A DNA stretch of 64,000 nt, from assembly GCA_963921275.4 (NCBI GenBank), contig OZ001293.3, positions 6,496,001-6,560,000 of the forward strand, written 5' to 3'. The notes under the pieces were generated by a model. It did not search any database. It was not told the DNA's origin and worked only from the letters and a program-made list of their open reading frames with translations. Shown in pieces: positions 33,400-43,289 of the stretch (positions are counted from its first letter, which is position 1; the number at the start of each line of letters is the position of its first letter). Source of the DNA: an uncultured Hormoscilla sp. (lineage in GTDB: Bacteria; Cyanobacteriota; Cyanobacteriia; Cyanobacteriales; Desertifilaceae). The position numbers were made by a program, and so were the translations under genes.

Positions 33400-33669
33400 A
33401 TGACTACAGGAATAGATAGCATCGAGTCAAAGTCAAATCAGTCCATTAGTAATCTGACAGTAGCTGAGTTAGAAACAATAATTGTCGAAATCGTCAGGAA
33501 AACTATCCGAGAGGAAAGAAGCAACAGGGAAAGCGGAAGCGCGACAGAAGAGCCACCATCAGCATTGTTATCAACTTTTGGAAGTTGGGAAGACACGCGC
33601 ACTCCCGAAGAGATAATTGCGGAAATATATGCCAGTCGTACTATTAGCAGTGGTGAAAACAACCCGTGA
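33400..33669 (+). CDS. Probable VapB-type antitoxin
   Basis: FGSWEDTRTPEEIIAEIY motif; overlaps a GTG start reading MKYLLDT (PIN toxin start, truncated at about 33687). Confidence 0.65.
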   Translation: MTTGIDSIESKSNQSISNLTVAELETIIVEIVRKTIREERSNRESGSATEEPPSALLSTFGSWEDTRTPEEIIAEIYASRTISSGENNP

Positions 33670-33684
33670 AATATTTACTCGATA

Positions 33685-34460
33685 CCGCCGGGCCAGTGTT
33701 GATGCCAATTCTAATTTGGAACCTATCTCCCCTATCTGTTTGGAAGCTATTAATACAGTCTTGCATATCCAGAGCCATTTGGGCGATCGCCTCAGCATGG
33801 TCTGTTCTGGGGACAGGCAGTCCTGCTGCTACCATATAAGTATCGCCAAATAGTTTTAATCTTCTCCAAAACGTGCTTTTCAGTCAACTGGTCAAACTGA
33901 GAAAAAATTTGATTTAGTAAACTCACCAACTCCAAGGGAGAAACTCTAGCACTCAGTAAGGCCAACAAACAAACATAACCGTAGCTCCTTCAAAACCTTC
34001 GGCCAGACAACCTTCCGTGACCTTCAGGCGATCGGCGATCGGGGCTAGTAAAATATTCAGTAACAGGCGATCGGACTGTTCGTACTCGGCATCTTCCTTA
34101 GCTGTTTGCAGAGCTTTTGTCCGTTGTGCGACGCGCAGTTCTAACTCAGCGTTGGTCTTTTCCAGTGCTTCAAATGACTCTTGCAACTGCTGTGGATAGG
34201 ATTGGGGTTAAAAGAGGAAGCCAAAACCCCCAGTTCATCTACTGACCTCGACTTTTTCAAATAAATCCCCGCGAGCAAACTCCGGAATGCCGTGCTAAGG
34301 CTTTACTAGCAGTAGAAAGGCGCATAATCGGTTTAGTAATCCAGCGAGAGGTGACAAGACCCAACAAAGTAGCCACCACGAGACAAAGTAAAATAGTAGT
34401 GCGGGTATTGGCGTTTATCCGTTCCATAAAGTCCGCTTCAGTAACCACCACTACAATCTT
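33685..34460 (-). pseudogene. HAMP-adenylate/guanylate cyclase fragments
   Basis: SDRLLLNIL.APIADRLK; MVAAGLPVPRTDHAEAIAQMALDM; IRIGINTGP; several frameshifts. Confidence 0.85.
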
Positions 34461-34475
34461 CCCGAACGGCGGGTA

Positions 34476-34600
34476 TTGTTTCATAACATTAGCTGGCAAG
34501 TATCTGAGAAAATATTATCTGGTCTGGGAGATGATCCTTCTGCCAGATTAACATACGATCGAGGGACTTTGGAGATTGCTAGGCCGTCAGAAGCACGTGA
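34476..34600 (+). pseudogene. Uma2-family endonuclease N-terminal fragment
   Basis: HNISWQ...ARLTYDRGTLEI. Confidence 0.65.
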
Positions 34601-34858
34601 AAGTGTAGTGTCAGTCTACAGTTACCAGTTACCAGTGCTTTTCCTCTCGTTCCCAGGTTCTACCTGGGAATGATTATCTGGAGGCAGAGCCTCTTATCTT
34701 GGCATTCGACCGATTTTTCCGGTGTGCTGAGTCAAGTCGGGAATATCTTTAATAAAATGGGATTATGATAGACCCTCGCCCGTTCCAGTGCAGCAGTTTT
34801 CTGTTAATATTTTCAAGATATACTCGAATTGGTAAAAAATCAAAGGAAAGGAATAGAA

Positions 34859-36523
34859 ATGACAAATGCTGGCGTGATTGGCACGGTAAAAGGACCTGGG
34901 GAGAATGGCAATCAATATGTTTTCATCACTACGAATAATCGTCAAGTTAAAATTGGCGAGTTCGTGTATTACTCGGTGTTGATATTACAGCAGGAACGGC
35001 AAATTCTGGGTAAAATATCGGCATTGCGTCTGATAGACCACCTGCCAGACCGGATTTTTGCCGACCCACAAATTAGTCCAGAGGCGATCGCGGCTCTAGT
35101 TGGTTTCACCCACGAGAACCCGGAACTTTATGAAGTTACGGTTGATGTCATTGGCTATTTTGACGAAGCTTTGGGCTTTGTCAACCCGCGACAAACGCCG
35201 GATCCGGGTGCTAAGGTAACCCTTGCTAGTGATGAAAATCTGCGGCAAGTTCTCAACCGCAAAAGCTTGGGCGAGATTGGTAGCGCTCATATTGGTTCGG
35301 TATTGCTACGGGAAGGAGATGCGGTGCCCGTGGTGCTGGATGTGAAGGAATTGGTCAGTACCCATCTGGCAATTCTAGCAGGTACGGGTTCTGGGAAATC
35401 TTACACGGCGGGGGTATTGATGGAGGAATTAATGTCCCCGCGCAACCGGGCGGCGGTGCTGATTTTTGACCCTCACGGGGAGTACGGTACTCTCGAAGAA
35501 ATGCGCGGTCATCCAGGGTTTGTGGGGTCCGATGGTTATGCACCGAGGGTGAAAGTTCTGATGCCGGATGACGTGCGCATCCGCATGTCTTCCCTGGATT
35601 ATTATGATATTTTGACTCTGTTGCCCACTATGAGCGATCGGCAGCAATCGATCCTGCATAAAGCCTATGGTATCCTGAATCTACACAAGAAATCCGAATA
35701 CCGCTGGGACATCCAAGATTTGATTGCTGCTGTCCATGAGGCCGATCGGCAATTTGATGACGAAGGTAATGAAAAAATGGGCTCTTCCGCACCGGCATTG
35801 GAGTGGAAGTTGGAAAAGTTGGAACGATCGTCCCATTTCCATGCCTACGAACACCTGGCACCCAAAGACTTGTTTCAACCAGGACAAATCACGGTCTTGC
35901 AAATGAATGAAATCTCTCAGGAAGAACAGCAGGTAATTTGTGCGGCGATTTTGCGTCAGGGGTATCAAGCGCGGATGAATACTCAGAAAGAAAAAATTAC
36001 CCCCGAATCAGAGAATTATCTGCCCTTTCCTGTCTTTATTCTCCTGGAAGAAGCACATAGATTTGCCCCCGCCCACGACCCTTCCCGTTGTAAAGCTGTC
36101 CTGCGGACTATTCTCAGCGAAGGTCGCAAATTTGGCTTGGGGGTTGGTCTGATTACTCAACGTCCTGGTAAATTAGATTCTGATGTACTTTCTCAATGCA
36201 TGAGTCAGTTCCTGATGCGCATAGTTAACCCTGTCGATCAGGAAAGTCTCAAGCATGGAGTGGAAGCAGCGGGACGGGACTTGCTGAAAGAATTACCTTC
36301 CCTGACTAAGGGTCAAGTTATTATTTCTGGTGCTTGCGTTAATACTCCTGTTTTATGTCGGGTCCGCCAACGTCTCACTCGTCATGGTGGCGAGACTTTG
36401 GATGCCCCGGGTATGTGGCAGACTTATTTTCAAGAGCATCTTGTTCGCGATCGGGCGGCAGCAGAAGCACCTTTAGCCAGTCGGCAGCGTCCTCAGAAGT
36501 TTCGTGGCGTTAGCATTGAGTAA
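34859..36523 (+). CDS. HerA-like ATPase (HAS barrel + HerA/FtsK P-loop domain)
   Basis: HLAILAGTGSGKS, IFDPHGEY, LEEAHRFAP and EGRKFGLG..LITQRP motifs. Confidence 0.9.
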   Translation: MTNAGVIGTVKGPGENGNQYVFITTNNRQVKIGEFVYYSVLILQQERQILGKISALRLIDHLPDRIFADPQISPEAIAALVGFTHENPELYEVTVDVIGYFDEALGFVNPRQTPDPGAKVTLASDENLRQVLNRKSLGEIGSAHIGSVLLREGDAVPVVLDVKELVSTHLAILAGTGSGKSYTAGVLMEELMSPRNRAAVLIFDPHGEYGTLEEMRGHPGFVGSDGYAPRVKVLMPDDVRIRMSSLDYYDILTLLPTMSDRQQSILHKAYGILNLHKKSEYRWDIQDLIAAVHEADRQFDDEGNEKMGSSAPALEWKLEKLERSSHFHAYEHLAPKDLFQPGQITVLQMNEISQEEQQVICAAILRQGYQARMNTQKEKITPESENYLPFPVFILLEEAHRFAPAHDPSRCKAVLRTILSEGRKFGLGVGLITQRPGKLDSDVLSQCMSQFLMRIVNPVDQESLKHGVEAAGRDLLKELPSLTKGQVIISGACVNTPVLCRVRQRLTRHGGETLDAPGMWQTYFQEHLVRDRAAAEAPLASRQRPQKFRGVSIE

Positions 36524-36598
36524 AGTAGTCATGCTATACTTTTGATATCAGAATCGGACTACCGGTAGCGGATGGTGGGCACCGCCCACCCTACGGCT
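36447..36598 (+). repeat. About 150-bp direct repeat, copy 1 (herA 3' end plus downstream); copy 2 at 38271-38424
   Basis: Both start GCGATCGGGC.GCAGCAGAAGCACCTTTAGC and end in a REP. Confidence 0.85.
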
Positions 36599-36711
36599 TT
36601 GCGATCGCATGGTGATACCGGATGGTGGGCGATGCCCACTATTGCCGATCGACAGAATCTATGATATATTGAGAGAACAGGCATCGTACAACTTAACACT
36701 TTTTGGTATAG

Positions 36712-36990
36712 TTGATTATGAACATCACCCTCCAACCAGAACAGGAAAAGTTTGTCCAGTCACAGCTCACAACAGGTAAGTATAAGACGGTAGATGACAT
36801 CATAGCTGAAGCCCTGAGATTGCTGGAAGCAAGAAATCATCAAACACAACTGCTGACAGAAATACATCCCGTGTCTCCTGGGAGCGCTAATCGCACTACC
36901 CAGGAGACACGGCAGCGGCATTGGAAGCCGCCCCATACAGTGCCTGATAGCGTCACATTGCTAAGGAAAATGAGAGGGTACGATGATTAA
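36712..36990 (+). CDS. ParD/CopG-like antitoxin carrying the in-frame 44-bp hairpin insertion
   Basis: MNITLQPEQEKFVQSQLTTGKY...EALRLL. Confidence 0.75.
   Translation: MIMNITLQPEQEKFVQSQLTTGKYKTVDDIIAEALRLLEARNHQTQLLTEIHPVSPGSANRTTQETRQRHWKPPHTVPDSVTLLRKMRGYDD
36869..36912 (+). repeat. 44-bp hairpin element (copy 2)
   Basis: CCGTGTCTCCTGGG-AGCGCTAATCGCACTA-CCCAGGAGACACGG, perfect 14-bp stem. Confidence 0.85.
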
Positions 36991-37441
36991 TATTCCTGTT
37001 TTTGAGTGCGTTTTGGATGCTAATGTTGCTATCAAGCTCTATATAAATTAGCCTTTGTCAGATAAGGCGATCGCATTAATATACCTGCTGCAAGCAGACA
37101 AACCTGCCAAATTTTACGTCCCATTATTATTCTATGCCGAATGCGCAAACGTTCTGTGGCAGTATGTTCGCCTGGCGTCATATACTGCTTCTGAAGCTAG
37201 ACAGAGCTTAGAAAACCTCAAGCAACTGGAATTGGAGGTTGTCGATACTTTCATTTTGACAACAGAGGCTTTGGAAATTGCCATGACACATGGAATAACG
37301 GTTTATGATGCTTGCTACGTGGAGCTAGCTAACCGTTTAAGCATACCTTTAGTCACTGCGGATAAAAAACTTGTGAATGCTCTAGCATCTACCTCCTATC
37401 CTATTCAGTCCCTAGAAACCCTCGTTATTCCAGCAAGTTAG
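36983..37441 (+). pseudogene. vapC: VapC/PIN toxin with in-frame TAG at 37049
   Basis: MINIPVFECVLDANVAIK...*PLSDKA...YDACYVELA...LVTAD. Confidence 0.85.
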
Positions 37442-37613
37442 TAGGCGATCGCTTGACTTCGTTTATCGTCCATCGTCTGCAGCACTAGCTACCAGAGTCA
37501 GGGAACAAGGTAAATTTCCCGAAACCGGTTTCTTGTTTGTGAGGAAAAATGGGGCGATCGCGCGTATCTGAAAAGGGGCGAGCGCATTTTTACCGATGCG
37601 CTCGCAGCATCTT

Positions 37614-37808
37614 TTAGGATACCTGTCTTAAACGTCGCAAACGTTGCAAACGCTGTTCGCGAATATTTCGTTCCAACTGGTCGATAACCTCTTGCAACTC
37701 CAAACCTGCCAACTCCATTTCCAGACAAGCGCGATGGGCCTTAGCGATCGTCTGTTTCACCTTTTCGGGGTCAGGCATTTGTTGTATTTCGCTCATAGTA
37801 AATTCCAA
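37614..37808 (-). CDS. Small hypothetical coiled-coil protein
   Basis: Overlaps the stop of the upstream ORF; helical composition. Confidence 0.55.
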   Translation of the reverse strand: MEFTMSEIQQMPDPEKVKQTIAKAHRACLEMELAGLELQEVIDQLERNIREQRLQRLRRLRQVS

Positions 37809-38137
37809 TCAATTTTAATTTCTTCGATACTCCGTGCCAAGGCCGGTATCCGGTTAGCAATAGTATCAATCCTCTCATCCAACAATCTTAGCAGATCCCG
37901 ATTAGCAACCGGCTGAGATTCTGCAACCCTAATCAGCAGAGTAGATAGTTGGGAAAAACGCGCTGTCGCTTGCGCTGTAATCTCGGTGAGTTGATCCAAA
38001 GCTACGATCGTCCTATCCGTTTCTCCAAAACGCTCCAATAAATTGTACTCTGCTGCCTTGGCTTCGTCTACAATCTCTAACAATCTTTGTGTTAATTCCC
38101 AAATTATCGCCTGAATCTCAGGGGCTATTTTAGCCAT
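37793..38137 (-). CDS. Hypothetical helical protein
   Basis: Clean 114-aa ORF paired with the downstream small ORF. Confidence 0.7.
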   Translation of the reverse strand: MAKIAPEIQAIIWELTQRLLEIVDEAKAAEYNLLERFGETDRTIVALDQLTEITAQATARFSQLSTLLIRVAESQPVANRDLLRLLDERIDTIANRIPALARSIEEIKIDWNLL

Positions 38138-38440
38138 GCTTTTTTATTTGAGATGTTACTTTACTCATTATATATCAATTTTCACAGTCCGTCAAATACT
38201 AGTGTAGATAGCAGCCAATAGAGAAATTTGCATTTAAATGGTAGTATAGTACGAGCGTGGGTATCCGAGGGCGATCGGGCCGCAGCAGAAGCACCTTTAG
38301 CTAGTCGGCAGCGTAGTTCGGAAGTTTCGTGGTGTTAGCATTGAGTAAAGCAGTCATGCTATACTTTTTATATCAGAATACTACTACCGGTAGTGGATGG
38401 TGGGCGCGGCCCACCCTAGGGCCTTCTGACTGGTATAATA

Positions 38441-39859
38441 TTGATAGATGACCAATGGAAGTTGAAGCCAATGTCCCAAGCAAAAGTACCACCACTACCA
38501 TCTCATTACGTCTCACGCCCTTCTGTCATTAGCTCCCTCAAGGAAAGTCTATTTTCACCAAGCCAAACAGGTGTTTTGGTCGTCAGTACCATTTACGGTT
38601 TGGGGGGGATAGGTAAATCGACAGTTGCGGCGGCCCTAGCTCATGACCCGGAGGTTTTGTCCCATTTCCCCGATGGAGTTTTATGGGCAACTTTAGGTCA
38701 GCAGCCGGACTTGCTCTCGTTTCTGAGTAGTTGGATCCAGGCTTTGGGAGATTATGATTACAAGCCAACTACCCCATCTGCGGCTTCCATGCATTTGCGG
38801 ACTTTGCTTGCTGACAAGGCGGCTTTGCTGGTGGTAGATGATGTTTGGGATGCTTCTCATTTTGAGTTCTTTAGAGTCGGAAGTGCTGGGTGTAGAGTAT
38901 TAGTTACCACGAGATCCGCACCTATTCAGGCGGCGAGTCCCATAGACTTGGATGTGATGGAACCTCACCGTGTGAGTTGTTGAGGCGATCGCTTGGCGGG
39001 GTGTTGAAGGAGGCGGACGAACAGCTAGCCTTGACTTTGGCCGAAAAAGTTGGCTATTTACCTTTGGCCTTGTCCTTAGCAGCAGCGCATGTGGGCATCA
39101 GGAGTCTCTTGGAATCAGTTACTAGCCGATCTAACTCGGGAAGTTGCGGCTTTGGAGACATTAGATTTATCAACCGATACAAGGGAACGTGAAGAGGTTC
39201 GTAAAGGCTATAGTTTGCTAGCATCATTGAACCTCAGCTTGCGCCAACTTTTATCTGGCAGGACTTTAGCAGACGGGACGCCTACCTACCGCTTTCACGA
39301 TCTGCTACATGATATGGCGCGTCGCTTGTTGACTTCGACAGCGCCAGAGAGCAAAGATATGTTACCAGGTTTGGGTTTGACCCTGCCAGTCGCTCACGCT
39401 CAGTTGCTCGATCGCTATTGGGTCAAAACTGAAAATGGTTTGTGACATACGCTCCCCGATGATGGCTATATTCACGCTCATCTAAGTTGGCATTTAGTGC
39501 AGGTCGATCGGGTTGAAAAACTGCATCAACTTTTGCAAGAGGAAACGGAGACCGGACGAAATGCTTGGTATGAAGCGTGCGATCGCCTGGGGCAGTTAAC
39601 AGTTTTCGTATCGGACGTGGCGAGGGCTTGGCAGCAAGCAGATGCAGCTTTTGAGTCGAGTCCCAGTCGGGCGCTCGCTCTGCAATGTCGCTACGCACTG
39701 ATAATGAGTTCTCTCAATAGTTTGGCAGGCAATATTCCTGGCGAACTAATGGCGGCCTTGGTGGATAAAGGGGTGTGGACTCCAGCTCAGAGACTGGCTT
39801 ACGCGCGGCAAATTCAAGATCCCGAAGTCTCTTCCAGAAATAGCTCGTGCCATTATTGA
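38441..39859 (+). pseudogene. NB-ARC (APAF-1-like STAND) protein, frameshifted and truncated
   Basis: GLGGIGKS, LLVVDDVW, VLVTTR, GYLPLAL and FHDLLHD motifs across several frames. Confidence 0.9.
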
Positions 39860-40079
39860 TGTGGGGCGGCAGTGGCCCTGAAGGAAATGCCCCCTTGACA
39901 GTCGGCGCGATCGCGCCTGTGGGGATAGGTGCGATATCGGGGGGCTGACTCCTTGGGGCGGTGAAACCGGGTTTCAATGCTCTTATTCGGCGATCCTGCC
40001 AATATTGTCGTAGAAACCCGGTTTCTTTGTTGGGGAGCGAGGAGAAATGGGGCTCACGGGGAATGGGTGCGATCGCCTT

Positions 40080-40928
40080 TTAGAGGGACTGTGATGATTT
40101 TTCTAGTTCAGTTACCTGCCGAACCTGGTTCAACTCTAATTTCAAGAGTTCAGCTACCTCCTCGAAAGTAAAACCTCGGTCTAGCATCACTGGCACCACT
40201 TCTAACTTACCTTTTAAGCGGCCAAGTTGTTCCCCTTCTTGCCGGCCTTCTTGGCGACCTTCTTGGCGACCTTCTGCCAATAATTCTTTTCCCAACTTTG
40301 TCTCTTTGATGTCTTCTAATCCTAACATGGCTTGCAACTCCTCTCGACTTCGATCTGCAAACTTGTACACAACGATCGTTTCAATCAATTCTAGCATCTT
40401 TTCGATCTGTTCGTCATCCGTCGATTCTGATCGTGCTTGAGCAATTAGCTGTTTGGCAAGGGATACGGCATTTTTTTCCTTTTCGACGATGAGCTTGACT
40501 AGGCCAATACCCAGAGTCTGTGAAGCTGCTGGGTCGATTTCATCTAGGTAGATCCGCAGGACTTTACCGGAATTTAACAACCATTCATATGATTCCGCGT
40601 TCTCCGGTTCTAAACTGCGCCGTTCATATATTACTACTCCAAGCCAATTCTGTCCCGCATCATTTTGCTCTAGGTACGTGCTTACCTTCCTCAAAAGATT
40701 CGGGTAGATGTTGGTATTTTTGTAGCTTTGCACCTCAATGAAATAAATTGGTTCTTTGATATCTTTCGCTACCCGCAGCATGACTCCATCCAACCTCAAT
40801 GCCGTCTCTTTTAGCTCGATCGCCTTAAACTCATAGGCCCGAACATCTACCTGGCTTTTTCCGATCAGTCGAAAAAAGATGTCCGGAAACTCCTGAAATA
40901 CTTCATAATATAATTTATCCGTTTTCAT
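40080..40928 (-). CDS. Rpn-family (DUF2887-like) protein
   Basis: MKTDKLYY; ELKETALRLDGV; YFIEVQ; ELIETIVVYKF; QEGR repeats. Confidence 0.9.
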   Translation of the reverse strand: MKTDKLYYEVFQEFPDIFFRLIGKSQVDVRAYEFKAIELKETALRLDGVMLRVAKDIKEPIYFIEVQSYKNTNIYPNLLRKVSTYLEQNDAGQNWLGVVIYERRSLEPENAESYEWLLNSGKVLRIYLDEIDPAASQTLGIGLVKLIVEKEKNAVSLAKQLIAQARSESTDDEQIEKMLELIETIVVYKFADRSREELQAMLGLEDIKETKLGKELLAEGRQEGRQEGRQEGEQLGRLKGKLEVVPVMLDRGFTFEEVAELLKLELNQVRQVTELEKSSQSL

Positions 40929-41197
40929 ATCCCGACGGCAATCACAACTATTTTATTATAACAGATAATTCTCTAATCTGACAACCTTTTTAGTTTAATT
41001 TCTACCGGTTGATAGCAGACAATGGGTGCATCTCACTTGACAGTCGGCGCGATCGGGGGGCTGAGGAGTTGGGGCGGTGAAACCGGGCTTCCTCTGCAAT
41101 ATATCGGTTAGGATGCCAATATTGTCGCCCCAAACCCGGTTTCTTGTTGGCGGGGATAAATGGGGCGATCGGGCTTTTCGACCAAGGTGCGATCGCC

Positions 41198-41594
41198 TTA
41201 GAGGGACTGTGATGGTTTTTCTGGTTCAGTTACCTGCCGAACCTGGTCCAACTCTAATTTCAAGAGTTCAGCTACCTCCTCGAAAGTAAAACCTCGGCCT
41301 AGCATCACTGGCACCACTTCTAACTTACCTTTTAAGCGGCCAAGTTCTTCCCCTTCTTGCCGACCTTTTTGCCAACTTTCTGCCAACAATTCTCTTCCCA
41401 ACTTTGTCTCTTTTATGTCTTCTAGTCCTAACATGGCTTGCAACTCCTCTCGACTTTTATCTGCAAACTTGTACACAACGATCATTTCAATCAATTCTAG
41501 CATTTTTGATGTCTGTTTGTCATCCGTCGATTTTGACCGCGCTTGAGCGATTAGCTGTTTGGCAAGGGATACAGCATTTTTTCCTTTTCGACGA
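41198..41594 (-). pseudogene. Partial duplicate (3' half) of the Rpn gene at 40080
   Basis: Near-identical C-terminus and downstream flank; 5' half missing. Confidence 0.88.
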
Positions 41595-41599
41595 TTCCT

Positions 41600-41913
41600 A
41601 ATATTGGGGGCATAACTTTTCCTAATCAGGGTATCAAGCAGTCAGCAATTATATCTGGAGTAGTGGCGCCAACTGTGGGGTTGCTAGCTGGGGGAGTTGC
41701 GGGACTGTCGCGGGGATATTTTAGCAGTGGGAGTCATGGTTGGTTGGCGGGGTTAGTGGCGGGACTGGTAAGTTGGTTGGCGATCGCCTTTTATCCAGGT
41801 TTAGCTTGTATACAACATTTGATGCTGCGGTTATTGCTATATCGGAGTGGAGCAATACCCTGGAATTATGGGCGCTTTCTCAATTATGCTACAAGCAGAT
41901 TGCTGTTGCAACG
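41600..41913 (+). pseudogene. C-terminal membrane fragment of a NACHT-type protein
   Basis: ACIQHLMLRLLLYRSGAIPWNYGRFLNYATSRLLLQR. Confidence 0.7.
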
Positions 41914-42329
41914 ATGGTATCTCCAGCATTACCACCCGTTCCACTGCTGCCGCCATCGCCACCAATGCCGCTATTATCCTGGAAAGTGCTATCGGTCACA
42001 GTGACCGTCCCGTCAAAGACAAACAGGGCACCACCCATGCCTGCTGCCCCGCCGCCGCCATCGCCTCCCTGGGCCCGGCCGTTGAGAAAGGTCAGTTCAT
42101 CGAAATTGACTGTACCGCTGAGGACAAAGAACAGCCAGTGTCGGTCGTTTCCACTAATGGTGTTGTTGTTCCCTGAAATCGTGAGTTAAACGTCTTCTTC
42201 AATAAGGGGTAGCAGCCCGGTCAGGGTAATATCTCCCGTGATGTTAATGGTGTCTGCCTGACCGTTACTCGCGGAAGTGGTAATGGCGTTGGATAGTTCT
42301 GCTGGTGTGTCCACGTCAAATGTCGCCAT
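41914..42329 (-). pseudogene. Truncated paralogue of the 27017 surface-protein gene
   Basis: MATFDVDTPAELSNAITTS...GRAQGGDGGGGAAGMGGALF; in-frame TAA near 42187; similar 5' leader. Confidence 0.88.
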
Positions 42330-42527
42330 AATTTTTCCTGATGTAAGGGATGAACTTTTTTAGGGGTTGGTCACCGGCGATCTTGAGGGTGGTAGCCCTC
42401 TTCTGTACAAGAATAGCATTTTCTGCTTCGACTACAATCATTAAAACATATTTTACGGAAATTATCATAAATAATTTTTTTGCTACTATCTCATACCCCA
42501 GCAGGTTTTTGGAGATGCTGGAACTCT

Positions 42528-42744
42528 CAACCGAGAGGTTTCAAACCTCAACCGAGAGGTTTCAGACCCCAACCGAGAGGTTTCAGACCCCAACCGAGAG
42601 GTTTCAAACCTCAACCGAGAGGTTTCAAACCCCAACCGAGAGGTTTCAAACCCCAACCGAGAGGTTTTAAACCCCAACCGAGAGGTTTCAAACCCCAACC
42701 GAGAGGTTTCAAACCCCAACCGAGAGGTTTCAAACCCCAACCGA
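42528..42744. repeat. 21-bp tandem repeat CAACCGAGAGGTTTCAAACCC, 10.3 copies
   Basis: Directly visible; no spacers. Confidence 0.95.
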
Positions 42745-42815
42745 TTGGCACCGGTTAGCAGCTAGTATGGTGCCGGTTGAGGTAAAAGTACCCTGCCTTT
42801 TGTACGTGGGATGGT

Positions 42816-43112
42816 TCAGACTGGTATTGCAAGCACAGCAAGATCGGCATCAATACTTTCATTATCAGCCCCGGTGGGATAACCAAGATCGATCGCACCA
42901 AAGTGACTTTCAAAGCGTTCTCTGGCTGCCTGTTTCTCGGCTTCAGTTCGCCCCAAATTTAAATTGAGGCGGTGTTGTTCGACTTGCCTCACAGCAAGTT
43001 GTGACACCCAAGTCACTGCTAGTTGTGAGGGGGAAAGGTTAGCTGCTTCTGCTTGCTGTTGAACGAGGGTATAGGCTTCATCGCTTAGATGAAGTACAAG
43101 GGTTTGGCTCAT
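42816..43112 (-). CDS. Probable antitoxin-like small protein
   Basis: GAGG SD; MSQTLVLHLSDEAY...FGAIDLGYPTGADNESIDADLA. Confidence 0.6.
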   Translation of the reverse strand: MSQTLVLHLSDEAYTLVQQQAEAANLSPSQLAVTWVSQLAVRQVEQHRLNLNLGRTEAEKQAARERFESHFGAIDLGYPTGADNESIDADLAVLAIPV

Positions 43113-43289
43113 TATCTCACCTCTGAGGGGGGCACTGTCGCAACAATCATTAAGATAGCATATGAGGGGCAGATATAGCAAGCTGTCCTCGGATGGGTGA
43201 AAAGCTTGACAGAAGCGATAAGTTTGACATATGATAGAGTGGTATAGTACAAGGACAAAAAGAAAGACAACAACTGCTGTGCGGGTAGA

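Noticed and set aside
1679..37051. Amber (TAG) recoding, suggested by many in-frame TAGs (1679, 14973, 24420, 29893, 30181, 37049)
   Set aside because: Intact genes such as gcvP and gcvH end in TAG; the same regions also carry frameshifts and in-frame TAA; C-to-T decay of CAG explains most cases
42528..42744. CRISPR array or a protein with heptapeptide repeats
   Set aside because: Head-to-tail repeat without spacers; ORFs in several frames are a by-product of the 21-nt period
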